Assembly (NCBI GenBank): GCA_963751345.1 | Contig: CAVVUS010000027.1 | Span: 1-64,000, forward strand | Direction of reading: 5' to 3' | DNA length: 64,000 bases | DNA from: an uncultured Chloroflexia bacterium | GTDB taxonomy: Bacteria; Chloroflexota; Anaerolineae; B4-G1; SLSP01 | Shown: positions 31,878 through 45,828 of the stretch, piece after piece | Layout: each line of letters begins with the position of its first letter | Position numbering within the stretch: position 1 is the first letter of the stretch | Program-made: the position numbers and the translations under genes | The notes under the pieces: model-generated | What the model was told of the DNA's origin: nothing | Databases searched by the model: none | The model's input: only the letters and a program-made list of their open reading frames with translations

Positions 31878-33825
31878 TTAGGCTCCAGCTTCGATGCTGA
31901 GAACAGTATGGATCTCCAACGAGGGCAATTCGAGCGACAGTACCCCCTCCTCCCAGGCTGTGACGACGTCACATGCGGGCACAACGGCGACGGACAGAGG
32001 CGGCGCGGCCATCCTGACCTTGACGGTCAGGGGACCAACAGGGGGGATAGCGTCCAGGATCGTATAGGTCGATGCCACCTGCATCCCGGCTGTATTCACC
32101 AGATGCACCAGCAGCCGACCATCCTTCCTGCGCACGGCGACGTCAACGCACGGTGGCCCATCAAACCTCGACCAGTGGACTTGGGAATAGGATCTGCATC
32201 ACGCCCTTCAGGAAGTCGCGCACCTGGGGCGTGTGACATCTTAGGTGAACACTTCCCAACGGTCCGTAGATCGCGCCCACCTTCCCCTCGCCGAACCTGG
32301 CCACCGTCGCGGCAGGCTCAGCCTGTACGCGTGTGTCGAACTTCGGATAACGCCAACCGACGACCTCAGCATTGACGACCTGAACTTCCTGCCAGGCGCC
32401 CTCGCACATGCCCATCAGAGACCCTGCTAACAGGTAGTCGTAGCGTGTGACGGGATCACCCAATAGTGTCACCCCAGCCTCATCTGCGAAGAGTTGGGCT
32501 GTCTCAGCGCCAATAATCAGCAGACTTCCTCCCTGTCGCACATAGTCGATCAAGGCCGTCCGGAACTCGGGGGTAAGCACGTGAATCTCCGGCAACACGA
32601 TCACCGGATAGTCGGCAAGCCGGCCCTGGATTTGGTGCTCTGCGACTACATCCACGGAGTAGCCCGCCTCCAGCAACGCGTGCAGTGTCCCCTCCACCGC
32701 GTTGTGCTCGCCCTCATAGGCGCGGAGCACACCGTTTGTCTTGTCGTAGAAGGCTGTGGCGGAGAGAAGCAAGGCAACCTGCGGCACGCTCTCGGTCTTG
32801 TGGGAGAGCTCCTGGCGCTCGCGACAGAAGTCCGAGACCTCACCCACAACCTCCACGAGCAGCGGGTCGAACCAACCTGCACGCGTCGGCGTGTAGTAGA
32901 CCTGGAAGCCCCCTCCCTGGGAAAGGACCACCGAAGCCTCCTGCTTCAACTGGATCGCCGGCTTGTGGGTACGGTGATGGGTGGATCCATCGCCCCACCA
33001 CGAAAAACCCCACGCCATCAAATCCCAGGGCATCCCGGTACTCGCGATGTACCGCGCCTCGAAACGTGCCGTATTGACTGAATCCTGTGCACTGTAATCG
33101 CCCGAGATGAAATCGAGCGGGGCTTGGACCGGACGAGGGGCGAACCCCGTGTACATCCAGTTGCTCGTGATTTCAAGACCGGGTTTGAACGCGTGGAGAT
33201 CGTCCAGGTAATGGGTCAGGTAGCGCTCAAACTGCTGCCGGTGAAACTCCAGCCACTCGTGCCAGTGCGGGTCCTTGGGCGAGAGAGGTGCGACGGCGTA
33301 TCCTGTGGCCTGCCTCCAGGCTTCGATTGCCATCGGGCCGTAGTCGACCACGGTGCCCCAGCACTCGCCATCGACCCATGCCCCGTCGAGATCGTACTCT
33401 GCAAAAACCTCCTTGAGTTGCGGGATCATCAGGCGGTCCACGTAGGGACCGAAAGTACTTGTCGCCCCATTGGGGGCAGGCTCACCCTCAGCGGTACGGG
33501 CCGCCCACTCGGGATGCATCGCCACAGCCTTCTGATCAATGACACCCGAGTAGTGAATGAAAAGACGTACACCGTAGCGTTTGGTGACCGCACGCCAGAT
33601 CGCCAACGCGTCCTTCACGATGCCGGGAGACGCCCACCCAACCTCCGTGGGGTAGCTGGCATACCCGGGATGTCCTTTGCAGTCCTGCTGGACGTAGTCA
33701 GGTTTGACGCGTGCCAACAGGAGTTCGATCATCTCCTCGGTCACATCGGCGCCCAGCTCCGTGTCGCGCTCGTTGGCATGGAGATCGAAGTGAATACCGA
33801 AGAAAGCGTTCTTACGAGAGACCAT
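31878..33825 (-). CDS. Putative glycoside hydrolase (alpha-L-fucosidase-like TIM barrel plus trimerisation-type domain; indel near 32160)
   Basis: [30 protein letters not shown]; upstream of fucU. Confidence 0.65.
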
Positions 33826-34015
33826 CTTCCCTCCTGTGTGGGCTACCATCCAGCAGGTCCAGTATAGGATAGTTGGACGAATCCAACAACCACGGAGGAA
33901 TTGCCCTATCGAAGAGTGATATAATAGGCCGAACCTGTCGACGATAAGAGTGTAGCCTCTCCATCACGTGCCGAAGCGAGACCCGGCAGGCATCGAGGCT
34001 GGTTGAGGAGTCACT

Positions 34016-35173
34016 GTGACCTATAGTATCAGGCGCTTTCTGCGCATCACCTATATGGCCTTTTTCAAGGCCGAAAACACAACGGCTAGGATCACACCCA
34101 AGCGCATCTTCGTGCTCCTGCTTTTCTATGCCATCTATTTCGTAGTGGAGAGCATCACGTGGTTCGGCTTTCTACTCGACGAGATACTCTTCGCAGGCTA
34201 TCGTCGGCAGGAGGTCAAACAACCCATCTTCATCGTTGGCAATCCCCGCAGTGGTACGACCTTCCTTCATCGACTGCTGGCCAGGGACGTAACCAACTTC
34301 CAAAGCATCCATCTCTGGGAGATCCTCTTTGCCCCCTCCGTGACTCAACGCAAGGTGGCTTGGGCGGTCGGAAGCATGGACCGCTTGCTGGGAGGGCTGC
34401 TGCACCGGCTGGTTCTGTGGTTCGACCACCACTTCGTCCGCGCCTCCAACGCGATGCACAGGATGAGCCTGGTCGTCCCAGAAGAGGATGAATACTTCCT
34501 TATTCATCAGGGCGCGACTATCATTGCAGGGCTCTTCTTCGGGTTTCCCGAAGCAGCCCTCCCCTTCGTCTACTTCGACACCCGTCTCTCCCGCTGGGAA
34601 AAGGGCAAAGTGATGCGCTTTTACAGGCATTGCCTCCAGCGGCACATCTATGCTCACAGAGACCACCGGCATATCGTGTCAAAGAACCCGTTCTTCACTC
34701 CCAAGGTCGATTCGCTCTACCGGTTCTTCCCCGACGCAAAGATCATCTACCTTGCGCGGAATCCGCTCAGCGTGGTACCGTCATATGCCAGTCTCTCAGC
34801 TCATTGGTGGCAGGTTCTAGGGGAGCCAGAGAAACGCTATCCCCACCCCGACTACATCCTTGAATCCACACAGCATTGGTATCGCTATCCCGTCGAGCGT
34901 CTTGATCGCGCCCCGGAGGAGAGCCGCATCTTCGTGAATTTCCACGAGCTCGTGGCTGACCCCAAACGCATCGTAACCGAGATCTACGATCACTTTGGCC
35001 TGGAAATCAGCCCCGAGTTTGCCCAGATCCTCGTGGAGGAGACGGAAAAGTCCTGCGAGCATGAAAGCAACCACCAGTACTCGCTTGAGGGTGTCGGATT
35101 CACGCGAGAGCAGATTCTGTCTACCTACCAGGACATATTCGAACGATGGGGGTTCGACCGCGAAGCATCTTAG
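34016..35173 (+). CDS. Sulfotransferase family protein
   Basis: PAPS-binding PIFIVGNPRSGTTFLHRLL; SKNP; FPDAKIIYLARNP. Confidence 0.88.
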   Translation: MTYSIRRFLRITYMAFFKAENTTARITPKRIFVLLLFYAIYFVVESITWFGFLLDEILFAGYRRQEVKQPIFIVGNPRSGTTFLHRLLARDVTNFQSIHLWEILFAPSVTQRKVAWAVGSMDRLLGGLLHRLVLWFDHHFVRASNAMHRMSLVVPEEDEYFLIHQGATIIAGLFFGFPEAALPFVYFDTRLSRWEKGKVMRFYRHCLQRHIYAHRDHRHIVSKNPFFTPKVDSLYRFFPDAKIIYLARNPLSVVPSYASLSAHWWQVLGEPEKRYPHPDYILESTQHWYRYPVERLDRAPEESRIFVNFHELVADPKRIVTEIYDHFGLEISPEFAQILVEETEKSCEHESNHQYSLEGVGFTREQILSTYQDIFERWGFDREAS

Positions 35174-35257
35174 TCCCACTGCTCCGGCGACAACAGGGAA
35201 CCTTCTAGCGGCGCCGGGCGTCCAGATAGTACGGACCCGATAGTGCTGGGAGGTACT

Positions 35258-38200
35258 ATGAGAAAACTCGCGTTGTGCCCGATCCTCGTGCTGCTCCTGG
35301 TTGTTATCCTGACCGCTTGTGGACGCGTCCCGCCGGTCTCGCAGACCCCAACCGTGACACCGGTCACGATGACCCCAACGCCACGGGTGACGAGCACGCC
35401 GCTTCCGCCGCCCCCGGCCCTGCCGTTCACCCCAATGCCGCCGGACCTGCTCTCGCCCATCGTGATACAACACAGCCCGAGTCGGGGCCAAACGCTCACG
35501 CCGGACGGCGCCGTCGAGCTAGTATTCGATAAGCCCATGGACCAACAGGCGGTCGCCAAGGCGCTACGGGTCGAGCGCGCCGGCGCCGCGGAGCCCATCG
35601 CCGGAACGCTCTCGTGGACTGACAACCGCACGGCACACTTCCAGCCCTCCGCTGCGCTGCCACGCGACACTTCCTTTGACGTCATCCTTACCCAGGATGC
35701 AGCAGCTCAGACAGGAGAGCCCTTAGGGGCGCCCTTCACTTTCCGCTTCGCCACGGCGGGTTACCTGGAGGTAGCCCAGGCGATCCCGGCGCCGGATACT
35801 ATCGACGTGGAGACGGACGCCGCGATCACGGTTATCTTCAACCGGCCCGTCGTGCCGCTGACGACCATCGCCGAGATGGACAACCTACCCCATCCGCTCT
35901 CCTTTGAGCCCGCCATCGCGGGCTCCGGTGAGTGGGTCAACACGTCGATCTACGTCTTCACGCCCGACGAGCCCCTTGCCGGCGGGCTCACCTATCAGGC
36001 CACCGTCTCAGCCGAGCTTCAGGACATCGCGGGAGCCACGCTGCCGGAGGCGTATAGTTGGCGATTCAGCACGCTCCCGCCCGCCGTGACGTGGGTCACC
36101 CCCCGTGAGGATAGCACCCTCGTCGACATCAACACCCCCATCAGGATGCAGTTCAACCAACCCATCGACCTGACGTCCGCCGGCGAGGCCTTCCACTTGA
36201 GTAGCGGTGGCCTCCTCGGAGGCACAGTCCGCGGCACATACGGTGTCGAGGGTAGCACGCTGATCTTCACGCCGGCGCAGTCGCTCGACTTCAACACCCG
36301 CTACACCGCCAATCTCGATGCAGGCGTCACGTCATCTGCGGGCGGCGAGGGCATGGCGCAACCCTTTGGCTGGCGCTTTACGACGGTCCCTCTGCCCAAC
36401 ATCGTGGAGACATATCCTGCCGATGGCAATAGGAATGCCCCGCCAAATACGGAGTTCCGGATTGTTTTCAACACCCCGATCGACCCCGCGACAGTAATGC
36501 CCAACCTGACGATGACGCCGCCGATGTCGCCCACCCTCGTCTACACCTACTACGCCGAGTACAACAACACCTTCGTGCTCTATTTTGGAGCAGAGCCGTC
36601 GAGTGACTACGTCGTGACCATTGATGATGGCATTGCGGATCCCTACGGCAACACGATCCCACGAGGTCGCATCGTGAGGTTTCGGACCGGGCCGTTGTCA
36701 CCGAGCTACCAACTGCGTATACCCGATTTCGTCAGCACGTATGACGCGGGCCTCCCGGCACACCTTGCGCTGACGTACATCAATCTCAATCGTGTAGACC
36801 TGAAGCTCTACCGGCTCCCCCTGAGCACGATCACCGATCGTCTATGGGAGTGGCAGTATCAGGACAGGGCACCCGGCCAAGACGCCCTGCTACGTGAATG
36901 GGAGGAGCGTCTCGAGGCGCCCCTGAACAAACAGCAGACCACGGTGGTCGACCTTACTGAGACGACGGACGGCACGCTGGCGCCCGGCGTCTACTTGCTT
37001 GACGTCGACGCCCCCGACCTCGACCCCAACCAATACTTGCGCCACCAACGCCACATCCTGGTGGTCTCGGACCTCAATCTCACACTCAAGGCGGGGGCCG
37101 AAGATGCCTTGATTTGGGTTACGGACCTGGCTACGGGAGCACCGGTGCCGAATCTCGCACTCACCGTCGTTGAAAGTGACGGCGCCTTCCGGCGGACCGC
37201 GGTGACGGATCGCGATGGGGTAGCCGGCCTTGACCTCCCCCGTGACCACTACACCATCCTGGCCTACAGCGAAGCTCCCTTCGGTGCCGTCTCTGCCGAC
37301 TGGGGACGCGGCATCGGTCCCTGGGACTTCGGAGTGAATGAGGGTATGGCGGGCCAGCGGCAGAGAACCTACATCTACACGGATCGCCCGATCTACCGAC
37401 CGGGGCAGACAGTGGCCTTCAAGGGTGTGCTGCGTGCGGAAGAGGATGCGATCTACAGCCTGCCCGGCGTGACCCAGGTCACGGTGACGATCAGGGACGT
37501 CACGGGCGAGGAGCTCCTCAACAAACCGCTGGCGGTCAGCGACCAGGGCACCTTCGAAGGCACCTTGGCCCTTTCCGATGGCGCAGCGCTGGGTGACTAC
37601 GCTATCAGTGCCGCCTTCGGCGACGACTATAGCCAGGCCACCTTCACCGTTGCTGAATACCGCGCGCCTGAGTTCCAGATCGCCGTGAGCGCCGATCAGG
37701 ACGAGATGCAGAAAGGCGACGATCTCAACGCCGAAATCGCCCTCAGCTACTTCTTCGGCGGCCCGCTGAGAGACACGCCGGTCGCCTGGCATGTCCTCGC
37801 TGAACGATACACATTCGAGCCCCCCTGGGGCGGGCGCTATACCTTCAGCGATATCGAGGATCCCTACACGTGCTTCGACTGCTGGTGGCAAGAGCCCACC
37901 AATCCGGAGCCGTTGCTGAGTGGCCAGGGCACGACAGGCCCGGACGGCATCTTGAGGGTCCACATCGATGGCAGCGAACTGGCGGATGCACTTGGCCGTG
38001 GACCCCAACGCATCACCTTCGAGGCGACCGCGACCGGCCCCGACAATCAGGAGATCGCAGGGCGCACCTCAACGATTGTCCACCCCGGCCCGTTCTATAT
38101 AGGCCTCCAGGCGCGGTCGTACGTCGGCGAAGCCGGTGAGGAAAGCAACATCGACCTTGTCGTCGTCGACTGGCAGGGCGAACGCCAGCCCGACACGCCG

Positions 38201-41200
38201 GTTCACGTCACCTTCTACCGGCGGGAATGGATCAACACGTTTGTGGAGAACGATGCCGGCGGTGGATCGTGGCAGTGGGAGACCAAGGAAACAAAGGTCG
38301 ACGAAACCACGGTCACCACCGACGAGCTTGGCGAGGCCGTCGCCACGTTTGTCCCTGCCGAGGGTGGCTCCTATCACGTCGTCGCCGAGCCCGCCAACGC
38401 TACCTCCGCCACACAGGCCATCCGATCCTCTATGTTCATCTGGGTGTCGGGATCGAATTACGTCTCGTGGCGTCGCGAGAATAACGACCGGATCACGCTT
38501 GTGAGCGACAAGGCGACCTATGAGGTGGGGGATACAGCGGAGATCTTGATTCCCTCGCCCTTTGAGGCTCCAACGATGGCCCTGGTGACCGTTGAGCGGG
38601 AAGGCGTCCGCCGTCACGAGGTCATCCGCCTGGAGACCAATAGTGCGATCTACAGGCTGCCTATCGTCGAAGGAGACATCCCCAACGTCTACGTCTCCGT
38701 GGTGTTGATCAAACCGCGCGGTGGTGACGTCGCAGCCCTCAAGATGGGGCTGCTTCCCCTGGCGGTCGATCTCGGGCCCAAGACCCTGGACGTGTCAATC
38801 GAGGCCGATCGGGACCAGGCCCAGCCGGGAGAAAGCGTCACGTACGCACTCACGGCACTGACACCCGAAGGGCGGCCCGCCGCCGGGGCGGAGCTGTCGC
38901 TCGACCTCATCGACAAGGCGGTGTTGAGCCTCAAGCCGCGCACCGACGACATCCTGCACCGCCTCTATGCGGCCCGAATGCTCCAGGTATTCACTGCCGG
39001 CGGTCTGACAGTCTCGGAGAATCGCTATCTCAAGGAACTCTCCGACGAGCTTAACCTCTCCGAGAACCTTCTGGCACAGTACGGTTTGGGCGGAGGCGGC
39101 GACGCAATGGACAAGGCGCTGGTGCCTATGGAGGCCCCGGCACCTATGGCAACATCCGTTGCATCCGAGGCTAGGGAAGGCATGCGATCCTCTGCATCTG
39201 CTCCTGAGGGCGTGGAGGTACGCGAGGAATTCGCGGACACCGCATTCTGGAGTCCACGCGTAACCACCGATTCGGAAGGTAAGGCCTCGGTGACAGTGAC
39301 ACTCCCCGACAACCTGACGACGTGGGTCGCGCGGACGGTCGGGCTCACGGCTAAGACCGTGGTCGGCGAGGCTACGGCAGAGGTTGTGGCAACCAAGCCA
39401 CTTCTCGTTCGCCCCGTGGCACCGAGGTTCTTCGTGGTCGACGACCGCGCACAGCTTGCGGCTAACGTCTCAAACAACACCGACGCGGCCCTCAGTGTAG
39501 ACGTCGGCCTCAGCACCGGCGGGCTGCAGATTGCAGCGGACACGCCGGCCCACCAGACAGTTTCGGTCCCGGCACACGCTGAAGCCAAGGTCACGTGGTG
39601 GGTCACCGTCGAGGATGTAACTGACGCGGACCTCATCTTCAGCGCCGACCTCCGGCACCTATACAGATGCCAGCAGGCCTCGCCTGACCACGGGTCCGGA
39701 TGGCACCCTTCTGGTGCTGCGCTATACCTCCCCGGACACCGTGGGAACCGCCGGGCAGCTCATCGACGGGGGCTCGCGAACCGAGGCCATCGCACTCCCG
39801 CCCGCTTTCGATGACCGCCGCGGGCAGCTTACGGTAGAGCTCGATCCCAGCCTCGCCGCTGGAATGCAGGCAGGGCTGGACTATCTGGAGCACTACGAGT
39901 ATGAGTGCACCGAACAGACGGTCAGCCGTTTCCTGCCCAATGTCTTGACCTACAGGGCGTTGACGTCGCTGGGTATTGCCAATGCGGACCTGGAAGAGCG
40001 TCTGCCAGGCCTGATCGACGAGGGCTTGGGCAAGCTCTATCTCCAGCAGAACCCCGACGGCGGATGGGGTTGGTGGTACGATGCGCAGCATCCGCAGAGC
40101 AACCCCTACGTGAGCGCCTACGTCGTCTTCGCGCTGCTCCAAGCGCGCCAGACGGGGATCGGCGTAGATACGTCGGTGCTGAGCCAGGGGCTGACCTACC
40201 TGAAGTCCCAGATCGAACCCGTGGACGGGCTGTTGACCTATCGCGAGGCGAACCGGCAGGCATGGCTGCTGTACGTTCTGGCCGAGGGCCAGGCTGTGAA
40301 CCGGGGCGACATCGACGACCTCTACGCCCAGCGCGACAAGCTCAGCAGCTATGGGAGGGCGTACCTGGCCCAGACGATTTGGCTGCTTTCGCCCAACGAC
40401 AGCCGCCTGGCCACCCTGCTCTCGGATCTGAATACCGCCGCACTCCTGAGTGCGACCGGCGCCCACTGGGAGGAGTCCCGTCCCGACTGGTGGGCTATGA
40501 ACACCGACACACGCTCCACGGCGATCGTGCTGGATACCCTGACGAAGCTCGATCCCGGCAACGAACTGATCCCCAACGTCGTCCGCTGGTTGATGGTCGC
40601 TCGCGAGGGTGGTATCTGGGAGACGACGCAGGAAACAGCCTGGGCCCTGATCTCGCTCACCGACTGGATGGTCGAGACCGGGGAACTCAACGCAGCCTAC
40701 GACTTCGCCTTCTACCTCAACGACGTCGAGCAGGCCGGCGGCACCGCGACAGCCGACACCGTGCGCGAGAGCGTCACGACCTCTATTCCCATCTCGGCGC
40801 TCGCGGCAGGCACGACCAACGCGCTCACCATCGCGCGGACAGAAGGAGCAGGCCGCCTCTACTATTCGGCGCACCTCCAGGTCTACCTACCCGTCGAGGA
40901 TATCGCGGCAGAAGATCGTGGCTTCGTTGTCTATCGACGCTATACCATGGCTGACTGCGAGGCAGAGGATCGTCGAGAGTGCCCGGAGGTACGCGAGGCG
41001 AAGCTGGGTGACGTGATCCGCGTGGATCTCACGCTGATCGCCCCACACGATCGTTACTACGTGGTGGTTGAGGATCCGCTCCCTGCAGGAGGAGAAGCGG
41101 TCGATACCGGCCTTGCTACGACGAGCCTGTTAGCGATGACGCCCCAACTCCAGCGCGACAGCTCGCGCTTCTGGTGGTGGTGGCATTGGTACAGCCGGAG

Positions 41201-41387
41201 CGAACTCCGCGACGAGAAAGTCGTCCTCTTTGCAGACGTTCTGCCTGCGGGCACCTACGAGTACAGCTACACGTTCCGCACGACGCTGCCGGGTGACTAT
41301 CACGTCATCCCCACAACGGCCACCGAGTTCTACTTTCCCGAAGTCTTCGGACGGAGCGAAGGCAGGCTCCTGACCATCGGCGAGTAG
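35258..41387 (+). CDS. Alpha-2-macroglobulin family lipoprotein with N-terminal Ig-like repeats (indel near 39650)
   Basis: LTAC lipobox; repeated FNxP Ig-like domains; YTDRPIYRPGQTV; LPDNLTTW; PRFF; thioester motif CTEQ; QNPDGGWGW; EFYFPEVFGRS. Confidence 0.92.
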
Positions 41388-41400
41388 CTCCTCAGCTCAC

Positions 41401-41458
41401 GAACAGCGCCCCCTGGCTGCTGCGTCCTGCCGACGCCTGGCCGGGGGGCGCTCTGTTC
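41401..41458 (+). terminator. Hairpin / probable terminator after the A2M gene
   Basis: GAACAGCGCCCCCTGGC...GCCGGGGGGCGCTCTGTTC. Confidence 0.5.
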
Positions 41459-41613
41459 ACCACGGAATCCCATTCCGCAGGTTACTTTTCAGGATGTGCA
41501 TGCGGACTACAAAAACTGGCCGTTTTCAAAATCATGAATATACTATGGATATAATCATGGGTCACACTGCCTGCAACGCCAGCTCGCGTACTTAGCCAAC
41601 CAAGGAGACGAGA

Positions 41614-41850
41614 ATGACCGCAATCAAGGACATGGTGGAGTTCATCGCCAAGGGCCTAGCAGACAACCCCGATGCCGTGCGCGTTTCTGAGTCCATTGGA
41701 GACAGCGTCATCATGATCGAGATGAACGTCGGTGCAGAGGATATGGGCCGGCTCATTGGGCGCAAGGGCCGGACCATCAACGCTATCCGCTCTCTCGCCC
41801 GCATTCTCGGCGCCAAGATGGAAAAGAAGGTCAACGTCGAGATTGTCTGA
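41614..41850 (+). CDS. khpA: KH-domain RNA-binding protein
   Basis: EFIAKGLADNPDAV, DMGRLIGRKGRTINAIR. Confidence 0.85.
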   Translation: MTAIKDMVEFIAKGLADNPDAVRVSESIGDSVIMIEMNVGAEDMGRLIGRKGRTINAIRSLARILGAKMEKKVNVEIV

Positions 41851-41864
41851 GCGCGTCTCTCGAT

Positions 41865-43546
41865 CTATAGGGCGACGCGTGGCTGATACTCGCCCCAGAC
41901 ACCGCGCAAGACGGCACAGATCTCACCAAGCGTACATCCGGCTTCTACGGCCTCACCAAAGAGTGCCATCATCGGCGCTTCGGGTTTTCGCGCGGCTTCT
42001 TCAATCCGGCTGAGGAGGGCCGAGACGCGCGAGTTATCCCGCCGCGGATCGCAGCTCGGCCAACCGTCGCCGCTGATCGACCTCGACTGCAGGATCGACC
42101 TTGAGCTGGTCAATCTCCAGTTCTTCGCCCTCGTCCTGGAATTCGTTGACCCCGACGATCGTCTGATCGCCTCGCTCGATAGCCAGTTGCGCTCGATAGG
42201 CGGCCTCCGCGATCTCAGCCTGCATGTAGCCCTGCTCGACCGCGACAGGTGCCCCACCCAACTCGTCGATCGTGTCGAATATAGTCGAGGGCGCGACGCT
42301 CGATCTCCTGGGTCAAGCCCTCGATGTGGTAGGATCCTGCCAGGGGATCAACGGCGTCGGGAACACCGGATTCGTATGCGATGATCTGCTGCGTGCGCAG
42401 GGCGACCCGCACGCTCTCCTCGGTGGGCAGCCAGAGCGCCTCGTCCATCGAGTTGGTATGCAGCGACTGGGTCCCCCCTAAGACGGCGGCGAGTGCCTGC
42501 ATTGTCACCCGGATGACGTTGTTCATAGGCTGCTGAGCGGTCAGTGTGGAACCGGCAGTCTGCGTATGGAAGCGCAAGAGCCACGACCGGTAGTCTTTCG
42601 CACCAAAGCGATCCCGCATGATTCGAGCCCACATGCGCCGGGCCGCACGGAACTTCGCGACCTCCTCCAGGAAATTGCTGTGGGCGCTGAAGAAAAAGGA
42701 GAGCCGCGGCGCAAAGTCATCCACATCCAGTCCCGCATCTACCGCGGCCCGAACGTAGGCGATGCCGTTGGCCAGCGTGAAGGCAATCTCCTGGACAGCG
42801 GTGCTGCCCGCCTCGCGGATGTGGTAGCCGCTGATACTGATGGGATTCCAAGCCGGCACCCTATCCGCTCCGTAGCGGAACGTATCCGTGATGAGACGCA
42901 TCGAGGGTCGAGGTGGGAATATATACGTGCCCCGCGCCACGTACTCCTTGAGGATATCGTTCTGGATGGTGCCACGAAGTTGCCCGGGGGCCACGCCCTG
43001 GGACTTAGCGACAGCGATGTACATAGCCCAAAGGACGGCAGCGGGTGCATTGATCGTCATCGAGGTGCTCACCTTGTCGAGTGGGATCTCCTCGAACAGC
43101 CGGCGCATGTCGTCCAGGCAACTGATTGAGACGCCTACCCGTCCCACCTCCCCGAGGCACATCTCGTCATCTGCGTCGTATCCCAGTTGCGTCGGCAGAT
43201 CGAAGGCCACAGAAAGGCCCGTCTGTCCCTGCTCCAGAAGATAGCGGTAACGCCGGTTAGACTCCTCCGCGGAAGCATAGCCCGCGTACTGGCGCATTGT
43301 CCAGAAGCGCCCCCGGTACATCGTCGGCTGCACGCCGCGCGTAAAAGGGTACTCCCCCGGGAAACCCAGATCGGCGAGATAGTCCACGGCAACGTCGGCA
43401 GGCGTCTCAACCGCAGGCACCGGAATGCCGGAGGTCGTCTCGAAGTGTGAGCGCCGCTCGGGGAAGCGGCTCACCGCTCTCTCGTAGGCCGTCTCACGCC
43501 ATATCGCTTGCTGGCGCCGAATCTCCTCGTACTCAGGGTCGTTCAT
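41865..43546 (-). CDS. Methylmalonyl-CoA mutase, substrate-binding large subunit (indels near the 3' end)
   Basis: [62 protein letters not shown]; no B12-binding domain. Confidence 0.92.
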
Positions 43547-43565
43547 CGCTCCCTCCACAGCTTGA

Positions 43566-45329
43566 CTAGGCAAGCTTCTCGAGTTCGTCGAGCCTCTCGG
43601 CCACGAGGTCGAAGCCGTTCTGCCAAAACTGCGCGGACGACATGTCAAAGCCGGCCTCCCGGATGATCCGGTCAGGGCTTGCCGATCCGCCATATGAAAG
43701 GATGCGGAGATAGTGAGGCTCGAACGCCTTGCCCAACTCCTTGTATTTGCGATAGAGCGCCAAGACGAGGAGATTGCCAAATGCATAGGCGTAGCAGTAG
43801 AAAGGGGTGTGGTAGATGTGGGGAATCGCCGTCCACTCCACTGCAAAGTCGTCGCTGAGGGACATCGAGTCGCCCAGTTGTTCGTGGAGGTTCTCCAGGT
43901 AGGCGGTCTTGAGTTCATCCGCCGTCGCGTTGGCAAGCACCATGCTGTGCGCGGTCTTCTCGAAGATGACGAAATACCCCTGACGCATCACGGTCGCATA
44001 GACATCGTCGAGGAATGTCCCCAGCAATGTCGTTCGAACGGCAGGATCCGTCTCCTCAGCGAGGAGTCTGTCCGTCAGAAGCATCTCGCCAAAGACGGAA
44101 GCGGTCTCGGCCATCGGCAGTGCCGAATGAAAGGTCAGAACCGAATGATCGGCCGCCATCATTGCATGAACGGCGTGGCCGAGCTCGTGCGCCAACGTCG
44201 AGACGTCACGGGCCTTGCCTGTGAAGCTGGTCAGAACCCACGGCGTCACGTTCGGCAGAACCCCATAGCAGTAGGCGCCGTCCATCTTGCGGGGACGCAC
44301 CTCGGCGTCAAGGTGCTGCTCCTCGAGCACGCGCATCGCGTGATCGGCCAACGTGGGCGAAAAGGCCCGATAGCTCTCATCCACCAGCCGCACAGCCTCA
44401 TCGAATGAATAGGTCTTCTCGGATTGGGAGAGCGGAGCGTAGAGATCGTAGCGGCGCAGCCGATCGACACCCAACATTCGGGCCTTGAGGGCAAAGAAGC
44501 GCTGAAAGATTGGAGCGTTGTCCCGGATGACGCCGAGCAGGGTCTCGACCACGGCATCCGGTATGTCGTTGGAGAGGTTTCGGACGCTGATGGGGCTGTC
44601 GTATCCGCGGATCTGCACCTGCTCCTGGGTCCAGTCGCGCACGCGTGCCGCATAGACTTCAGCCAGGAGCCCTGTCTGTTCGCTGTAGACGCGATAAAGC
44701 TCCCGATAGGCCGACTCGCGCAGGGGCGGCGACGGATTCGAGACATAGGACATCAACTGTCCGCGCGTCAGTACCTTCTCCTCACCGTCCACAGTCAGGT
44801 GGAACTCGAGAGCCGTAGTAATCATATCGTAGACCGTCAGAAGGCTGTCGATGCCGTTGACGTCCTTGATGTTGATAATCCGCTCCTCGGCCTCGCTCAA
44901 CGTATACGGCTTGAGCAGTCGCAGCGTGTGGAGGTAGTAGGCGGCGTCACCGGCAACCGCCATCAGGCGATTGGCCGCCTCCTCCTCCAGTTGACGCCAC
45001 CAGAGCGTGAAGAAGAGTGTGCGGTTCTCAAGATCGGCCACGAGTTGGGCCGCGCGAGCCCGGAACGCCAGCCGCTCCTGCCCTGCCGTATCCTCCGAGA
45101 ACCACAGATAGCTATACGCAGCCAGCTTCGAAGCATCAGCGTAGAGCTCCTCATAGTGCGTCAGGAGGTCGCGGAACGTCTCCGCCGCCATATCAGGGGA
45201 CAGATCATCACGACGAGCCTCAAACGCCCTCAGACGGTCATCGACCTCCGCAATTTCGGACTCCAGCTCCTGCGAGCCGACCTCCGGGAGCAAGTCCGAG
45301 AGCGTCCATCTCTGTGGTTGGAATGCCAT
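43566..45329 (-). CDS. Oligoendopeptidase F (M3B family)
   Basis: [11 protein letters not shown] zinc motif, [26 protein letters not shown]. Confidence 0.92.
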   Translation of the reverse strand: MAFQPQRWTLSDLLPEVGSQELESEIAEVDDRLRAFEARRDDLSPDMAAETFRDLLTHYEELYADASKLAAYSYLWFSEDTAGQERLAFRARAAQLVADLENRTLFFTLWWRQLEEEAANRLMAVAGDAAYYLHTLRLLKPYTLSEAEERIINIKDVNGIDSLLTVYDMITTALEFHLTVDGEEKVLTRGQLMSYVSNPSPPLRESAYRELYRVYSEQTGLLAEVYAARVRDWTQEQVQIRGYDSPISVRNLSNDIPDAVVETLLGVIRDNAPIFQRFFALKARMLGVDRLRRYDLYAPLSQSEKTYSFDEAVRLVDESYRAFSPTLADHAMRVLEEQHLDAEVRPRKMDGAYCYGVLPNVTPWVLTSFTGKARDVSTLAHELGHAVHAMMAADHSVLTFHSALPMAETASVFGEMLLTDRLLAEETDPAVRTTLLGTFLDDVYATVMRQGYFVIFEKTAHSMVLANATADELKTAYLENLHEQLGDSMSLSDDFAVEWTAIPHIYHTPFYCYAYAFGNLLVLALYRKYKELGKAFEPHYLRILSYGGSASPDRIIREAGFDMSSAQFWQNGFDLVAERLDELEKLA

Positions 45330-45352
45330 GCACTCACCTCCATCCGAATCAC

Positions 45353-45754
45353 TTATGTAGATGGCCACGCTGACGGGATCTCCACACAGCCGTGACCCAC
45401 GTCAACAGGATCACAAGCCCGATGTAGAGACCCGTCAGGACAAGGTCGCGGGGCCAGAGCCGCCGGGCATACGAGGAGTGGTCACCCAGCAGTTTGGTCA
45501 GACCAGAGGGTCACCTGGTACAACACAGCGCTGCCGACGAGGGCGACTGGAGAGAAGCGTTCGTCAGACGCCAGATAAACAGCCGCTATCGCCAGGAAAA
45601 CGAGGCCCCATACAATGTAAGCCACGCCCAGCACGACAAGCAGCCCCGCCACCGAACTCACAACCGGCGAGATGAAGACCCCTAGCACACCACGAACGAT
45701 ATTGGCGACGCCAATACCCACATATAGAATCAACAGAATCCACTGTGCAAACAC
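45353..45754 (-). CDS. Hypothetical membrane protein (indels)
   Basis: About 4 hydrophobic segments across frames. Confidence 0.45.
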
Positions 45755-45828
45755 AGGAACATTCTACCGCAGGGCGGCCAAAGTGCGAAGGCCCGGAACT
45801 CGCGTACCTGCAGGCGCCCTAATCTGTT

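Noticed and set aside
41865-43546. Isobutyryl-CoA or other variant acyl-CoA mutase
   Set aside because: The specificity positions are Tyr (RQYAG) and Arg (VARGTY), as in methylmalonyl-CoA mutase; a separately encoded B12 subunit is common.
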